Origin: Candidatus Aminicenantes bacterium | Lineage (GTDB): Bacteria; Acidobacteriota; Aminicenantia; JAMOAD01 | Direction of reading: 5' to 3' | Length of the DNA: 64,000 nucleotides | Assembly (NCBI GenBank): GCA_027061995.1 | Contig: JAMOUT010000057.1 | Span: 65,688 to 129,687 of the forward strand | Shown here: positions 21,308 through 31,696 of the stretch, one piece after another | Position numbering within the stretch: the first letter of the stretch is position 1 | How the letters are laid out: the number at the start of each line of letters is the position of its first letter | Made by a program: the position numbers and the translations under genes | The notes under the pieces: generated by a model | What the model was told of the DNA's origin: nothing | Seen by the model: the letters and a program-made list of their open reading frames with translations, nothing else | Database searches by the model: none

Positions 21308-22738
21308 TTATAATTGGGTTTTAAAAACAAAAATATGTTTTATTAGATTTCGAGGAATGATTACTATTGTTTCTCCATTTTCTATGGTTGATTTAAGCTT
21401 TTCACCCGATAGTGTTCTGAATATCGAGTTTGCGGGAAATATTTTTTTAAGAGAGATTCTTTTTGTATTATTATTATCGGGAAAATGAAATATATGGACA
21501 GTATCAGCTTTTTTATTGAATCTTATATTCCCGAAACCATATATTTTAAAAGTTGTTGTTCCATAAATAGCTTCTCCGTTAATTTTAAGCCATTCACCAA
21601 TCTCCTTCAGTATTTTGTAAGCTTCGGGATCCCAATCACCTTCGGGTGAGGGAGCGATATTTAAAAGGAGATTTCCCCCTTTTGATACTATATCAATAAG
21701 CATTCGGATAATTTGCTCTGATGATTTATATATCGGTTTTTTAACAAAAGACCAACTTTGAGACATAGGAATACAGGATTCCCAAGGGTAGGGAATAATA
21801 TTCTCGGGGACAGTATTTTCTGGAGTCAGATAATTTTGATTCTTCCCTTCGACAGATCTGTCAACAACTATCATATCTGGCTGTTTTTCTCTGATTCTAT
21901 CAACTAATTCATCCATCTTTATATCTTGTGATACTATTCTGTGCTTAATAAAGCCTGTTTTTGATTCTTTGGCTTTTTCTTTATAAAAGTTTTCAATATC
22001 CTGTTTTGAACTCTTTGCAACCCAGCCACCGTCAAGCCATATAATATCAATCTTTCCGTAATTACTCACAAGCTCCATAATCTGATTATGGGTAAATCTG
22101 ACAAATTTATTCCAAAGCGACGGATAAGTAGCGGGATCATAATTCACATTCCTATCGAACGGTGGGAAAGAGGGGTTCCAATAGTATTCTGAGTGCCAAT
22201 CGGGTTTTGAAAAATAAGCACCCACCCAAAGCCCCTTCTTCCTGAAACTATTAAAAATCTCTTTTGTTATATCGGCTCTTTTATTTTTACCGAAGGGGCA
22301 ATCTTTAGCCGTTATCTTATAATCAGTGTATTTTGTATCAAACATGCAAAATCCGTCATGGTGTTTTGTGGTAAAGATAAGGTATTTCATGCCCGCCTGT
22401 TTCGCAGCTTTTGCCCATTTGTCGGGATTAAATTTCACAGGATTAAAACTGTTTTTAAGAGATTCATACTCCTTTTTGTATTTGAAATAGTTTTCGGGAT
22501 TTTTGCCGGTTGTTCTTTTACACCATTCATAATCTTCGGGAACAAGGGACCAAGATTCCACTATTCCCCACTGACTGTATATGCCCCAGTGCATCAAAAG
22601 ACCGAATTTCAGATTTTGCCATTTTTTGATTTTTTCTCTTACGAGAGGGTTTGAATCTGTGATATATCTATATTGTTTTGCATAAGATACGATTAAAACA
22701 GATAAAAAAATAAGGATGATGAAATATTTTTTTTTCAT
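21308..22738 (-). CDS. alpha-L-fucosidase (GH29), secreted
   Basis: 476 aa; signal peptide; GLLMHWGIYSQ and TTKHHDGFCMFDT motifs typical of GH29. Confidence 0.8.
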   Translation of the reverse strand: MKKKYFIILIFLSVLIVSYAKQYRYITDSNPLVREKIKKWQNLKFGLLMHWGIYSQWGIVESWSLVPEDYEWCKRTTGKNPENYFKYKKEYESLKNSFNPVKFNPDKWAKAAKQAGMKYLIFTTKHHDGFCMFDTKYTDYKITAKDCPFGKNKRADITKEIFNSFRKKGLWVGAYFSKPDWHSEYYWNPSFPPFDRNVNYDPATYPSLWNKFVRFTHNQIMELVSNYGKIDIIWLDGGWVAKSSKQDIENFYKEKAKESKTGFIKHRIVSQDIKMDELVDRIREKQPDMIVVDRSVEGKNQNYLTPENTVPENIIPYPWESCIPMSQSWSFVKKPIYKSSEQIIRMLIDIVSKGGNLLLNIAPSPEGDWDPEAYKILKEIGEWLKINGEAIYGTTTFKIYGFGNIRFNKKADTVHIFHFPDNNNTKRISLKKIFPANSIFRTLSGEKLKSTIENGETIVIIPRNLIKHIFVFKTQL

Positions 22739-23161
22739 TAAATGATAATAGCCTTGAAACCTTGTTTTGTCAAGGAGTTTACAGATAAAAAAAGCGCTTG
22801 CTTGGAATGGACGGAAGAGAAAAGGGGGAAAGCAAGGGGTGTTGTATATCTCTTTATAAATTTCTATTGCTGTATATATAGGGAAGTTTATTTTGTGTGA
22901 ATCTTTTCATGTCGTCATCTTGTATTTTATTAATCCTGTTTTTTTTATTATTCGATTTTTATAATAAAAACTCTAAAGTCTCGGCCTGTAAAAATTATAA
23001 ATTGCAAATGGATATTATCGGAGCAAAAAATAAGCGGTAAAATCTTCCGATTTTATGCATCTTATGCCGATTTATTGACATATTACTGATAAAAAGTCCC
23101 ATGAATACTTAATTATAGAATGGCATAATATTTGATAATTAATTTTAATAAGGAGGTTTAT

Positions 23162-23914
23162 ATGTGGAATGGATATTATACCGCGGCATCGGGAATGCTT
23201 TCAACGATAAGACAACTTGATATTGTTTCAAATAATCTTGCCAATATATCAACCTCGGCTTATAAAAAGGATAAGATGAGTATTGAAACGATTAAGTTTA
23301 AAAACCCTTCAGCCCAATCCGATAGTTTTGATGAAATCCTGAATAATCAGGCAAGAATAGCCGGAGTATCGATTGATTTTGAGCCCGGTTCCATAAAAAC
23401 CACGACAAGAGAGCTTGATATAGCTCTTCTGAATCCCAAAGGTTTTTTTGCAGTTAAAACTGAAAACGGGATAAGATATACGAGAGACGGAGAATTTTAT
23501 ATCAATGATAAAGGGGTGCTGACAAATAAAAACGGATACATTGTTATGTCAAAATCGGATAAACCGATAAAAATAATCGGAACTAATAATAAAGTTAGTT
23601 TTAGTGAAAAAGGGGATGTTTATATAGGTGAAAATCTTATCTCCACGCTGAAAATCGTTGATTTTAAAAACAGAGTGAATTTGAGAAAAGAGGGTAAATC
23701 TTTGTTTGTCTATAATGGTAAAAAAAATGAGATATTTGAGGTGAAAGATCCTCAAGTGAGAACCGGAGCTCTTGAAAGATCCAATGTATCAATTGCAGAT
23801 GCAATGGTGGATATGATAAAAATAACAAGGATGTATGAATTTCAGCAAAGAGTGATGGACACAATTTTGACTGATATTGCCAAAAAAACAACGGATGAAG
23901 TTGGAAAACCATAA
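23162..23914 (+). CDS. flgF: flagellar basal-body rod protein FlgF-like
   Basis: ASGMLSTIRQLDIVSNNLANISTSAYKKDK N-terminal rod/hook motif; conserved C-terminal rod segment; AGGAGG RBS before the ATG at 23162. Confidence 0.8.
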   Translation: MWNGYYTAASGMLSTIRQLDIVSNNLANISTSAYKKDKMSIETIKFKNPSAQSDSFDEILNNQARIAGVSIDFEPGSIKTTTRELDIALLNPKGFFAVKTENGIRYTRDGEFYINDKGVLTNKNGYIVMSKSDKPIKIIGTNNKVSFSEKGDVYIGENLISTLKIVDFKNRVNLRKEGKSLFVYNGKKNEIFEVKDPQVRTGALERSNVSIADAMVDMIKITRMYEFQQRVMDTILTDIAKKTTDEVGKP

Positions 23915-23929
23915 ATATAGGAGGAAAGA

Positions 23930-24718
23930 ATGTTAAGAAGTTTATTTTCGGCGGCTTCCGGAATGCAAGCACAAGCTTTGAATATTGATGTTATCTCCCA
24001 TAATCTTGCAAATGTTAATACTGTTGGTTTTAAAAAATCAAGAACTGAGTTTGAAGATTTATTATATAATACTGTCAGAGAGCCGGGGGCAAAATCAACG
24101 ATAAACACTGAGATTCCAACCGGAATTCAGGTTGGTCTCGGTTCGAGAATAATAGGTGTAAACAGAGTTTTTTCCCAAGGGAATTTTAAAAGAACGGGAA
24201 ATGCTCTTGATCTTGTTATAGAGGGGGACGGTTTTTTTCAAGTTACACTCCCCGATGGCTCAATAGCTTATACAAGAAGCGGAAATTTTTCAAAAGATTC
24301 GACCGGAAGGGTTGTTACCCCCGAAGGATATCCTCTTGAACCTCCTTTGAATATACCTGCTGATGCCATAAGTGTTACTATCGGAAATGACGGAACTGTT
24401 TCTGTTATAAGTGCGGGCTCGAATACAGCCACTGAGATAGGAACCATTCAACTTGCAAAATTTATTAATCCGGCGGGTTTAAAAAGCATAGGTAAAAATA
24501 TGTATACTCAAACAACATCATCGGGGGATCCTATTTTGGGAACACCCGGACTTGAAGGTTTCGGAACTTTGGCACAAGGCTTTCAGGAACTTTCAAATGT
24601 TGATATTGTCGAAGAGCTTGTTGAGATGATTATAGCTCAAAGAGCTTATGAGACAAATGCAAGATCGATTAGAACGGCGGATGAGATGCTTAACAGAGCG
24701 ATAAATCTCGGAAGGTAA
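23930..24718 (+). CDS. flgG: flagellar distal rod protein FlgG
   Basis: 262 aa; [29 protein letters not shown]; C-terminal [18 protein letters not shown]. Confidence 0.9.
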   Translation: MLRSLFSAASGMQAQALNIDVISHNLANVNTVGFKKSRTEFEDLLYNTVREPGAKSTINTEIPTGIQVGLGSRIIGVNRVFSQGNFKRTGNALDLVIEGDGFFQVTLPDGSIAYTRSGNFSKDSTGRVVTPEGYPLEPPLNIPADAISVTIGNDGTVSVISAGSNTATEIGTIQLAKFINPAGLKSIGKNMYTQTTSSGDPILGTPGLEGFGTLAQGFQELSNVDIVEELVEMIIAQRAYETNARSIRTADEMLNRAINLGR

Positions 24719-24721
24719 ATA

Positions 24722-25657
24722 ATGAGATTTAAAACATTGTTTTTTATTTTTATTTTTTTAATCTCCGTGGTTTTACTGAATTCTCGGGTTATGGTTCAAC
24801 TTCACAGTAAAGCTGTAATCAAATCCGATATTATATATATGAAAGATATTGCCTCCATTTATTCAAACTACAGTAATCTTAAGGATAAAGTGGAAAAAAT
24901 AATTATCTCGAAAGGGAAAAGTATTGATAGTGTTGATAGAAAAACAATTTATATGAAACTTATCAATAACGGGATAAACGGATTTAAAGTTGTTGGTGCA
25001 AAACAAGTTGAAATATTAAAAGGGAAAAAGAGAGTATCTAATTCTTTAATGAAAAAAAAGATAGAAAATTATATAAGATCTCGGTTCGGTTATGCTTCCG
25101 ATATTAAAATAATATATCAGAAAATCCCCGATATAAAACTTCCTTCGGGAGGTAAAATAGTTTTGCAAAGATATGGAAAAGGGTTTTCAAACTCCTATCT
25201 TCTGAAAGTGCTGTTAATTAAAAACGGTAAGATTATAAAACAGGATTTTGCACAAGTATATGTGAAAATTTGGGCGAAAATTCCTGTTGCGACTAAATTT
25301 ATCCGAAGGGGGAAGATATTAACGAGTAGTGATTTCAGATGGGAAATCAGGGAGATTAATTATGGAAATTATGATTTTGCTGGAAATTCATCCCAAATAA
25401 TAGGTAAAAAAGCTCTTTATTCCATAGGCTCGGGAAATGTTATAAGAAACAAGGTATTAAGTAACAAAATATCTGTAAAAAGAGGTGAAATTATAAGAAT
25501 AATGGTTAGAATGAATGGTATTAGCATATCTACCATAGGAAAAGCTTTAACTTCAGGTATTAAAGGACAGATGATTAAAGTTGTAAATCTGAAATCAAAG
25601 AAAAAACTTGAAGGTAAAGTTATAGGGGAAAATCTTGTGGAGGTATTCGTATTATGA
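24722..25657 (+). CDS. flgA: flagellar P-ring assembly chaperone FlgA
   Basis: 311 aa; signal peptide; C-terminal SAF-like segment GKALTSGIKGQMIKVVNLKSKKKLEGKVIGENLVEV; sits between flgG and flgH. Confidence 0.7.
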   Translation: MRFKTLFFIFIFLISVVLLNSRVMVQLHSKAVIKSDIIYMKDIASIYSNYSNLKDKVEKIIISKGKSIDSVDRKTIYMKLINNGINGFKVVGAKQVEILKGKKRVSNSLMKKKIENYIRSRFGYASDIKIIYQKIPDIKLPSGGKIVLQRYGKGFSNSYLLKVLLIKNGKIIKQDFAQVYVKIWAKIPVATKFIRRGKILTSSDFRWEIREINYGNYDFAGNSSQIIGKKALYSIGSGNVIRNKVLSNKISVKRGEIIRIMVRMNGISISTIGKALTSGIKGQMIKVVNLKSKKKLEGKVIGENLVEVFVL

Positions 25658-26283
25658 AAAAGACACTGTTTTTTATTATATTTTTATATGGTTCATTAAT
25701 ATTGTTTGCTCAAGATGCTCCTGGGCATAGAACTTCCCTTTGGGATAATTCAAAATCCCTTTTTAATGACCCTAAAGCAAAAGCAATAAATGATATAGTC
25801 ATAATAAAAGTAGAAGAAAGCACAAAAGCTGAAAATTCGGCGGAAACAAAAACCAAAAAAGGTTCTTCGAGTTCTCTCGGGATTAATACATTTTTGGGGT
25901 TTGAAAAATCTCTTGCGGGAAAAATGAATCCCAATTTTGACCCCACATCAATGTTCGGTCATAGTGTTTCAAAAAAAGATGAAGGGGCGGGCTCTACAAA
26001 ATCCACGACAAAGATTCAAGGATATATAGCCGCAAAAGTTGTTGAGGTGATACCGAACGGAAATCTTATAATAGAGGCGAAAAAAGAGATAATAGTTAAT
26101 AATGAAAAACAAACAATGATTTTACGAGGGATGGTGAGGCCGAGAGATATAGATTATAACAATTTTGTATCTTCAAATGCGGTTGCTGATGTTCAGATTA
26201 TGATAAAAGGTAAAGGAGCTGTTGCGGAACAACAGAGAAGAGGATGGTTATCATGGCTTTTAAGTATTGTTTGGCCGTTTTAA
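25654..26283 (+). CDS. flgH: flagellar L-ring protein FlgH
   Basis: 209 aa; signal peptide; SLWDNSKSLFND...AINDIVIIKVEES pattern characteristic of FlgH. Confidence 0.85.
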   Translation: MKKTLFFIIFLYGSLILFAQDAPGHRTSLWDNSKSLFNDPKAKAINDIVIIKVEESTKAENSAETKTKKGSSSSLGINTFLGFEKSLAGKMNPNFDPTSMFGHSVSKKDEGAGSTKSTTKIQGYIAAKVVEVIPNGNLIIEAKKEIIVNNEKQTMILRGMVRPRDIDYNNFVSSNAVADVQIMIKGKGAVAEQQRRGWLSWLLSIVWPF

Positions 26284-26294
26284 GGAGAGGAAAG

Positions 26295-27386
26295 ATGAAA
26301 AAAAGGATTTTACCTGTTATTTTTTTATTTATAACAATATCCTTAATCTCCATGGAAGTAAGATTAAAAGATATCTCAACTTTCGAAGGGGTCAGGGATA
26401 ATGAATTGATAGGTTATGGAATAGTTGTGGGGCTTAATGGAACAGGGGATACAACACAAAATAAATTTACATTTCAAGCCATAGCGAATATGCTTGATAA
26501 AATGGGAGTTACCGTGGATCCCAAACAATTTCAATTAAGAAATGTTGCCTCGGTTATGGTAACGGGAAAACTTCCGATGTTTGCAAGATCAGGTTCCAAA
26601 ATAGATGTAACTGTTTCCTCTATGGGTAGTGCCAAGAGTATTCAGGGGGGGATATTATTAATGACTCCGCTTAAAGCTGCAAACGGTCAGGTTTATGCGG
26701 TAGCTCAAGGCCCTGTATCAATAGGGGGATATAATGAAGGTGGTGGTGGCGGTAATGTTCGTAAAAACCATCCTACGGTCGGAATTATACCCGGAGGGGG
26801 AATCGTGGAAAAAGAGGTTCCTTTCTCCTTTTCAAATGAGGGATATTTGAATCTTTTACTTTATAATCCGGATTTTACAACAGCATCAAGGGTGGCTGAA
26901 AGAATTAACAGTGTTTTGGGATTAAAGAGCGCAAAAGCTCTTGATTCCTCCACGATAAAAATAGATGTCCCCCCCTCTTTCCGGGGAAAAACGGTGAAAC
27001 TTGCATCAGTTATAGAAAATATAAATATAACCCCTGATTCAAAAGCTGTTATCATAATAAACGAGAGAACGGGAACAATTGTATTCGGTGAAAATGCAAA
27101 GATAAGTAAAGTTGCAATAGCACACGGAAGCCTAACAGTGGCAATTCAAACTCAACAATTTGCCTCCCAACCTCCTCCGATGTCTGGAGGACAAACCGTG
27201 GTTATGCAAAATCAAAAAACGGATGTAACCGAAGAGCAAGCATCTTTTATGATGATGGAGGGGCCTACTGTCGGTGATTTGATAAAAGCTCTAAATTCCA
27301 TAGGAGCAACACCGAGGGATATAATAGCCATACTTGAAGCTATAAAAAGAGCTGGTGCCATTAATGCGGAGTTAAAGATAATATGA
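26295..27386 (+). CDS. flgI: flagellar P-ring protein FlgI
   Basis: RLKDISTFEGVRDNELIGYGIVVGLNGTGD. The internal Met MKKRIL at 26295 is preferred over the ORF-track start at 26244. Confidence 0.9.
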   Translation: MKKRILPVIFLFITISLISMEVRLKDISTFEGVRDNELIGYGIVVGLNGTGDTTQNKFTFQAIANMLDKMGVTVDPKQFQLRNVASVMVTGKLPMFARSGSKIDVTVSSMGSAKSIQGGILLMTPLKAANGQVYAVAQGPVSIGGYNEGGGGGNVRKNHPTVGIIPGGGIVEKEVPFSFSNEGYLNLLLYNPDFTTASRVAERINSVLGLKSAKALDSSTIKIDVPPSFRGKTVKLASVIENINITPDSKAVIIINERTGTIVFGENAKISKVAIAHGSLTVAIQTQQFASQPPPMSGGQTVVMQNQKTDVTEEQASFMMMEGPTVGDLIKALNSIGATPRDIIAILEAIKRAGAINAELKII

Positions 27387-28231
27387 GTATAGGATTCGGG
27401 AAAATTCCGGTAATAGATCCATTCCTTTTGACTAATCAATCGGAAAAACTGAATTCAGTGGATTTTTCCAAACTTTCGGATAAAGAGAAAAGAGCAAAAT
27501 TAAAATTAATAGCTTCTCAGTTTGAGGAGATTATGGTAAACACCCTTTTGAAAACTTCCACCGAAGCAAACAAAGTTTTCGCAAAAGGGGATAATGAGAA
27601 TTACGGATTGAATATGGGCTTTTATAAAGATATGAATAACTATTATTTAAGCCAAAGTATAGTGGCTGAAGGGGGGCTCGGACTTCAAGATCTTATCGTG
27701 GAACAATTGATGGACAAATTAAATATAAAAAATAAAAATATTGTAGATAAACAAAATAATAATTTAATAAAAAAGGGATTAAAGTTTAATCATGAAAAAT
27801 TATCTTTTTCTCAGCCTGTTAAAGGGAGAATATCATCGGATTTCGGTTGGAGAATAGATCCTTTTGACGGAAAAAAAAGGTTTCATAATGGGGTTGATAT
27901 AGCGGCTCCCGAGGGAACACCCGTCCAATCGGTTGAAACAGGGAAAGTTGTATTTGCAGGGAGAGAAAAAGGGTATGGAAATTTAATAATCTTAGAGCAT
28001 ATAAATGGTTATAAAACATATTATGCTCATTTAAAGGAGGTGAAAGTAAAAGAGGGTGATATAATAGGAAAAGACGAGATTATAGGTAATGTTGGGAAGA
28101 CAGGGAGAGCGACGGGTCCGCATCTTCATTTTGAAATCCGAAAAGGCAGATATGTTTTAAACCCCGAGGATAAGGTTTTATCTATTAAGTTTATGAAGAA
28201 TCTTCCGATAAAGAAAACGGATGGAGGTTAG
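27383..28231 (+). CDS. flgJ: FlgJ-like rod-binding domain fused to an M23 (LytM) peptidase
   Basis: The N-terminus SQFEEIMVNTLLKTS matches the rod-binding (FlgJ N-terminal) motif. The C-terminus HNGVDIAAPEGTPV...GYGNLIILEH...HLHFEI is an M23 metallopeptidase. Confidence 0.75.
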   Translation: MSIGFGKIPVIDPFLLTNQSEKLNSVDFSKLSDKEKRAKLKLIASQFEEIMVNTLLKTSTEANKVFAKGDNENYGLNMGFYKDMNNYYLSQSIVAEGGLGLQDLIVEQLMDKLNIKNKNIVDKQNNNLIKKGLKFNHEKLSFSQPVKGRISSDFGWRIDPFDGKKRFHNGVDIAAPEGTPVQSVETGKVVFAGREKGYGNLIILEHINGYKTYYAHLKEVKVKEGDIIGKDEIIGNVGKTGRATGPHLHFEIRKGRYVLNPEDKVLSIKFMKNLPIKKTDGG

Positions 28232-28545
28232 TGATGATAAAGATATTTAAAACAACCGATATTAAGAACAATGGAATAACCGATAAATCTGTAAAAGATT
28301 CCAAAAACAAGAATGATAATTTAAAAACGGGAAATTTTTTAAACCCGAACAATGATATAGTGGATATCTCAGGTCTGAGTGAAATTTTTTCCACTGCAAA
28401 AAAAGAGATGGAAAACATACCGGATATACGGGAAGATAAAATCAATCTTTTAAAACAAAAGATAGAAAACGGTGAATATAATATAGATGAAACCAAAGTA
28501 GCGGATAAAATTATAGAAAATCATATAATTGATGAACTTGTATAG
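28231..28545 (+). CDS. flgM: anti-sigma-28 factor FlgM
   Basis: 104 aa; C-terminal REDKINLLKQKIENGEYNIDETKVADKII matches the FlgM sigma-28 binding helix. Confidence 0.75.
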   Translation: MMIKIFKTTDIKNNGITDKSVKDSKNKNDNLKTGNFLNPNNDIVDISGLSEIFSTAKKEMENIPDIREDKINLLKQKIENGEYNIDETKVADKIIENHIIDELV

Positions 28546-28554
28546 AGGTAAAAC

Positions 28555-28875
28555 ATGTCTGATGTTGGAAAAGTTAGTAGAAATACACCGAAACCTTTTC
28601 CGACCATAAGAAAATCAAATGACCCTTTAAAACCTGAAACAGGTGAGGTCGAATTCTCCCAATATATGGCTGAAACGGATGAAATAAAGAGGAAAGTCGT
28701 TGAAAGTGCTGCGGAAACAGAAGGTTCCGTAATAAGAGAAGAAGAGAGAAGAAAAAAATTAAGATTAAAATCCAAAAAAAAGGATACTGAAGATGACAAA
28801 GAGATGGAAGAATATGAAACAGAAGGAGATGATGAAAATGATGATGAAGGAAAGATTGTGGATTTAGAGGTATAA
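28555..28875 (+). CDS. hypothetical highly charged protein (basic centre, poly-acidic tail)
   Basis: 106 aa; good RBS; no recognisable domain; C-terminal EDDKEMEEYETEGDDENDDEG. Confidence 0.5.
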   Translation: MSDVGKVSRNTPKPFPTIRKSNDPLKPETGEVEFSQYMAETDEIKRKVVESAAETEGSVIREEERRKKLRLKSKKKDTEDDKEMEEYETEGDDENDDEGKIVDLEV

Positions 28876-28876
28876 A

Positions 28877-29356
28877 ATGGAAGAAAAAATATTTAAAGAA
28901 TTGTATCTTTTTATGAAAGATTATTTGAAAGTTTTAATAGAATCTTATGAGGAGAGTTTAAATTTAAGAAAGATTTTAAGAGAGAATAAAATAGAGAGAA
29001 TTGAAAGAATGATTCCGAGAATAGAAAATTTTGACATTAAAATTAAGATGCTTGAAAATACAAAAAACAGTTTACTGTCAAAACTCGCTAAAGCACTAAA
29101 TATAAATGTCGGAAGCATAGATTGGGAACTTGTCGGAAACAGAGGGGGGAAGGAGATAGCAGAACTCGGTAAATTAATCGAAGAAAAAGTAAAGAATCTT
29201 GTAGATGCTAATATTGTGAATAAAATAATTATCGAAAGACTGATAATGTTTAACAGTTCTCTTCTTAATGTTATAAGAAATGACGGGGATTCATTATACA
29301 GTTCCGACGGTAATATTAACTCTTCTCATGAGAATTCGATGTTAGAGGAGGTTTGA
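28877..29356 (+). CDS. flgN: FlgN-like flagellar export chaperone
   Basis: 159 aa helical protein located between flgM and flgK (as yvyG/flgN in Bacillus); FlgN-like coiled-coil composition. Confidence 0.5.
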   Translation: MEEKIFKELYLFMKDYLKVLIESYEESLNLRKILRENKIERIERMIPRIENFDIKIKMLENTKNSLLSKLAKALNINVGSIDWELVGNRGGKEIAELGKLIEEKVKNLVDANIVNKIIIERLIMFNSSLLNVIRNDGDSLYSSDGNINSSHENSMLEEV

Positions 29357-29357
29357 T

Positions 29358-30797
29358 ATGGTAGGATTATTTAGTTCTCTTGAACTTGCTAAAAAGAGTC
29401 TTATGACTCATCAGTTTGTTTTTCATGTTATAGGGCATAATATAGCTAATGTTAATACACCTGAGTATTCAAGGCAAAGAGTTGAACTCGGAGTTGTCAG
29501 ACCTTTTCGACTCGGAGAAAGGACTGTTGGTGTTGGAGTTGATGTTCTCGGTGTTCATGGTGTCCGAGATAAATATCTTGAATACCAAATACAAAAAGAG
29601 GTTCAGGGAAGGGGTGAAGCTTCATATATGTCGGGAAGTTATAAAATAATAGAATCAATTTTTCAAGAACAAACGGATACCGGAATTTCAAAGATAATGG
29701 GGAATTTTTTTAATTCATGGAATGATTTAACCGTGAATCCGACGGGTCTTCCCGAAAGATCGACCGTTTTAAATAATGGTAAGGTTCTTGCGGACAAAAT
29801 AAAAGAGGCTTACAGAAGATTAAAGGAACAACAGGCGGTTGAAAACGGAGATGTTTCATCAATGGTAAAAGATATTAATGAGACCGGAAAGGAGATAGCA
29901 AAACTTAATATGGAGATAGCGAGCGGAGAAGCCGGCGGAGAAGAGATGAATGATTTAAGAGACAGAAGAAACAAACTTTTGCAGGATTTGGGAGAAAAAG
30001 TCGGAATTAATGTTTATGAAAATGAGATGCATCAGGTAACAGTTGAAATAGCTTCAAGACCTTTTATCGTTGGAAACAATTTAAATGAGCTTTCCGTTCA
30101 AAGGAATGCAAGCAATTCAAATTATTATGATATATATATTAATGAATCGGGTCATGTTGTGAATATAACCAATCAGATAGACGGTGGAGCAATGAAAGGT
30201 CTTATAACAATGAGAGATTCGAGAATCCCCGAATATCTGACAAAATTGGATAATCTTGCTTATGGTTTGATTACAAATGTCAACAATCTTCATAGCGGAG
30301 GGTTTGATTTAAACGGTAATACCGGAGTTAATTTTTTCACCCCCTTTGTTCCTACTACCCCCGGAGATTACACCGGAGCAGCCGCTCTTATTGAGGTAAA
30401 TCCCGCTATTGCATCTGATCCCGAAGCTGTTGCAGCTTCTTCTGTCGCGGGGGAAATCGGTAATAATACCGTAGCTCTTCAAATAGCTGATCTTGAAAGA
30501 GCGTATAATACGGTTGATAGTGATAATGACGGAACTTTTGATTATGGGACATTCCATGATTATTATCATCAACTTGTAACAAGTGTGGGAGCCGAGGCAT
30601 TAAACTCTTATACGAGAGAAACAGCGGAGGGCGAAATAATAACAAATCTTCAGGATAGAAGAAGTGAAGTCTCATCGGTTTCTCTTGATGAAGAGAGTGC
30701 CACACTTATTCAGTTTCAAAAAGCTTATCAAGTGATGGCAAGATTTATGGGGGTCGTGGATAAAATGACCGATATAATGATTAATCTCGGGAGGTAA
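29358..30797 (+). CDS. flgK: flagellar hook-associated protein 1 FlgK
   Basis: 479 aa; N-terminal HNIANVNTPEYSRQ and conserved C-terminal helix. Confidence 0.9.
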   Translation: MVGLFSSLELAKKSLMTHQFVFHVIGHNIANVNTPEYSRQRVELGVVRPFRLGERTVGVGVDVLGVHGVRDKYLEYQIQKEVQGRGEASYMSGSYKIIESIFQEQTDTGISKIMGNFFNSWNDLTVNPTGLPERSTVLNNGKVLADKIKEAYRRLKEQQAVENGDVSSMVKDINETGKEIAKLNMEIASGEAGGEEMNDLRDRRNKLLQDLGEKVGINVYENEMHQVTVEIASRPFIVGNNLNELSVQRNASNSNYYDIYINESGHVVNITNQIDGGAMKGLITMRDSRIPEYLTKLDNLAYGLITNVNNLHSGGFDLNGNTGVNFFTPFVPTTPGDYTGAAALIEVNPAIASDPEAVAASSVAGEIGNNTVALQIADLERAYNTVDSDNDGTFDYGTFHDYYHQLVTSVGAEALNSYTRETAEGEIITNLQDRRSEVSSVSLDEESATLIQFQKAYQVMARFMGVVDKMTDIMINLGR

Positions 30798-30800
30798 AAA

Positions 30801-31688
30801 ATGAGAGCAAACGAGAGTATATGGTATAGGGATGCATTGTTTTATATTAATTTAACCAAATTAAGATATGATAAGGCAATACAAGAGACAACTTCCGGCA
30901 AAAAGATACATAAAATTTCGGATGATCCTTCCGGAGCCGCTTTTGCTCTCGGATTAAAGGATAGAAGGGGGCAGATTGAACAATTTACAAAAAACCTTGA
31001 TACTGCGAGAATATATCTTTCCAATGCCGAGGATGTGTTAAACAAAGTTCAAAATGTTTTAAATAAAGTTGTAACAGATGCAAGTGAGGGAGCAACGGAC
31101 ACTATGGATCTCTCTCAAAAACAATTAATTGCAAATGATATAGACCAATTGAGAACTCAAATAATGGATCTTGCCAATACAAGGGTTATGAACAGATATC
31201 TTTTTTCGGGAACTCTGATTGATACCCAACCTTTTACTGAGACAGGAGGGGTTGTGGGATACAATGGAAATACAAATAATATAGATGTTCAAATAGGATA
31301 TTCCATAAGAGTTACTACAAATCTACCCGGAGATCAGGTTTTTACAAATGGTGCGGATGATGTTTTTCAAGTCCTTGCGGATATAAGAGATCATTTGAAT
31401 GCAAATGATTCTGTTGCCGTGTCAAATGATATACCGAGGCTCGGGAGCATCCTTGATAATATGGCACATCAAAGAGGGATAATTGGTAACAGGATGCATG
31501 AGCTTGATATTATGAGAGATAGCCTTAAGGAATTTTCAAATAATCTTCAGGAGAAGATCTCCGAGATAGAGGATGCAAATATGCCGGAAGCGATATCAAA
31601 TCTCATGAAAGAGGAGACAGGTTTAAGAGTAACTCTTCAAGCCGCATCAAGAATTCAAAGGATTACATTATTTGATTATTTAGGGTAA
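30801..31688 (+). CDS. flgL: flagellar hook-associated protein 3 FlgL
   Basis: 295 aa; flagellin-like N- and C-terminal helices (ISDDPSGAAFALGLK). Confidence 0.8.
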   Translation: MRANESIWYRDALFYINLTKLRYDKAIQETTSGKKIHKISDDPSGAAFALGLKDRRGQIEQFTKNLDTARIYLSNAEDVLNKVQNVLNKVVTDASEGATDTMDLSQKQLIANDIDQLRTQIMDLANTRVMNRYLFSGTLIDTQPFTETGGVVGYNGNTNNIDVQIGYSIRVTTNLPGDQVFTNGADDVFQVLADIRDHLNANDSVAVSNDIPRLGSILDNMAHQRGIIGNRMHELDIMRDSLKEFSNNLQEKISEIEDANMPEAISNLMKEETGLRVTLQAASRIQRITLFDYLG

Positions 31689-31696
31689 AATACGGT

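Noticed and set aside
23037-23080. Sigma-28 promoter upstream of flgF (GCCGATTT at 23066)
   Set aside because: The -10-like GCCGATtt has no TAAA at the required 15-16 nt spacing (CCGA is found instead), so the call is not supported. The flgF promoter remains unassigned.
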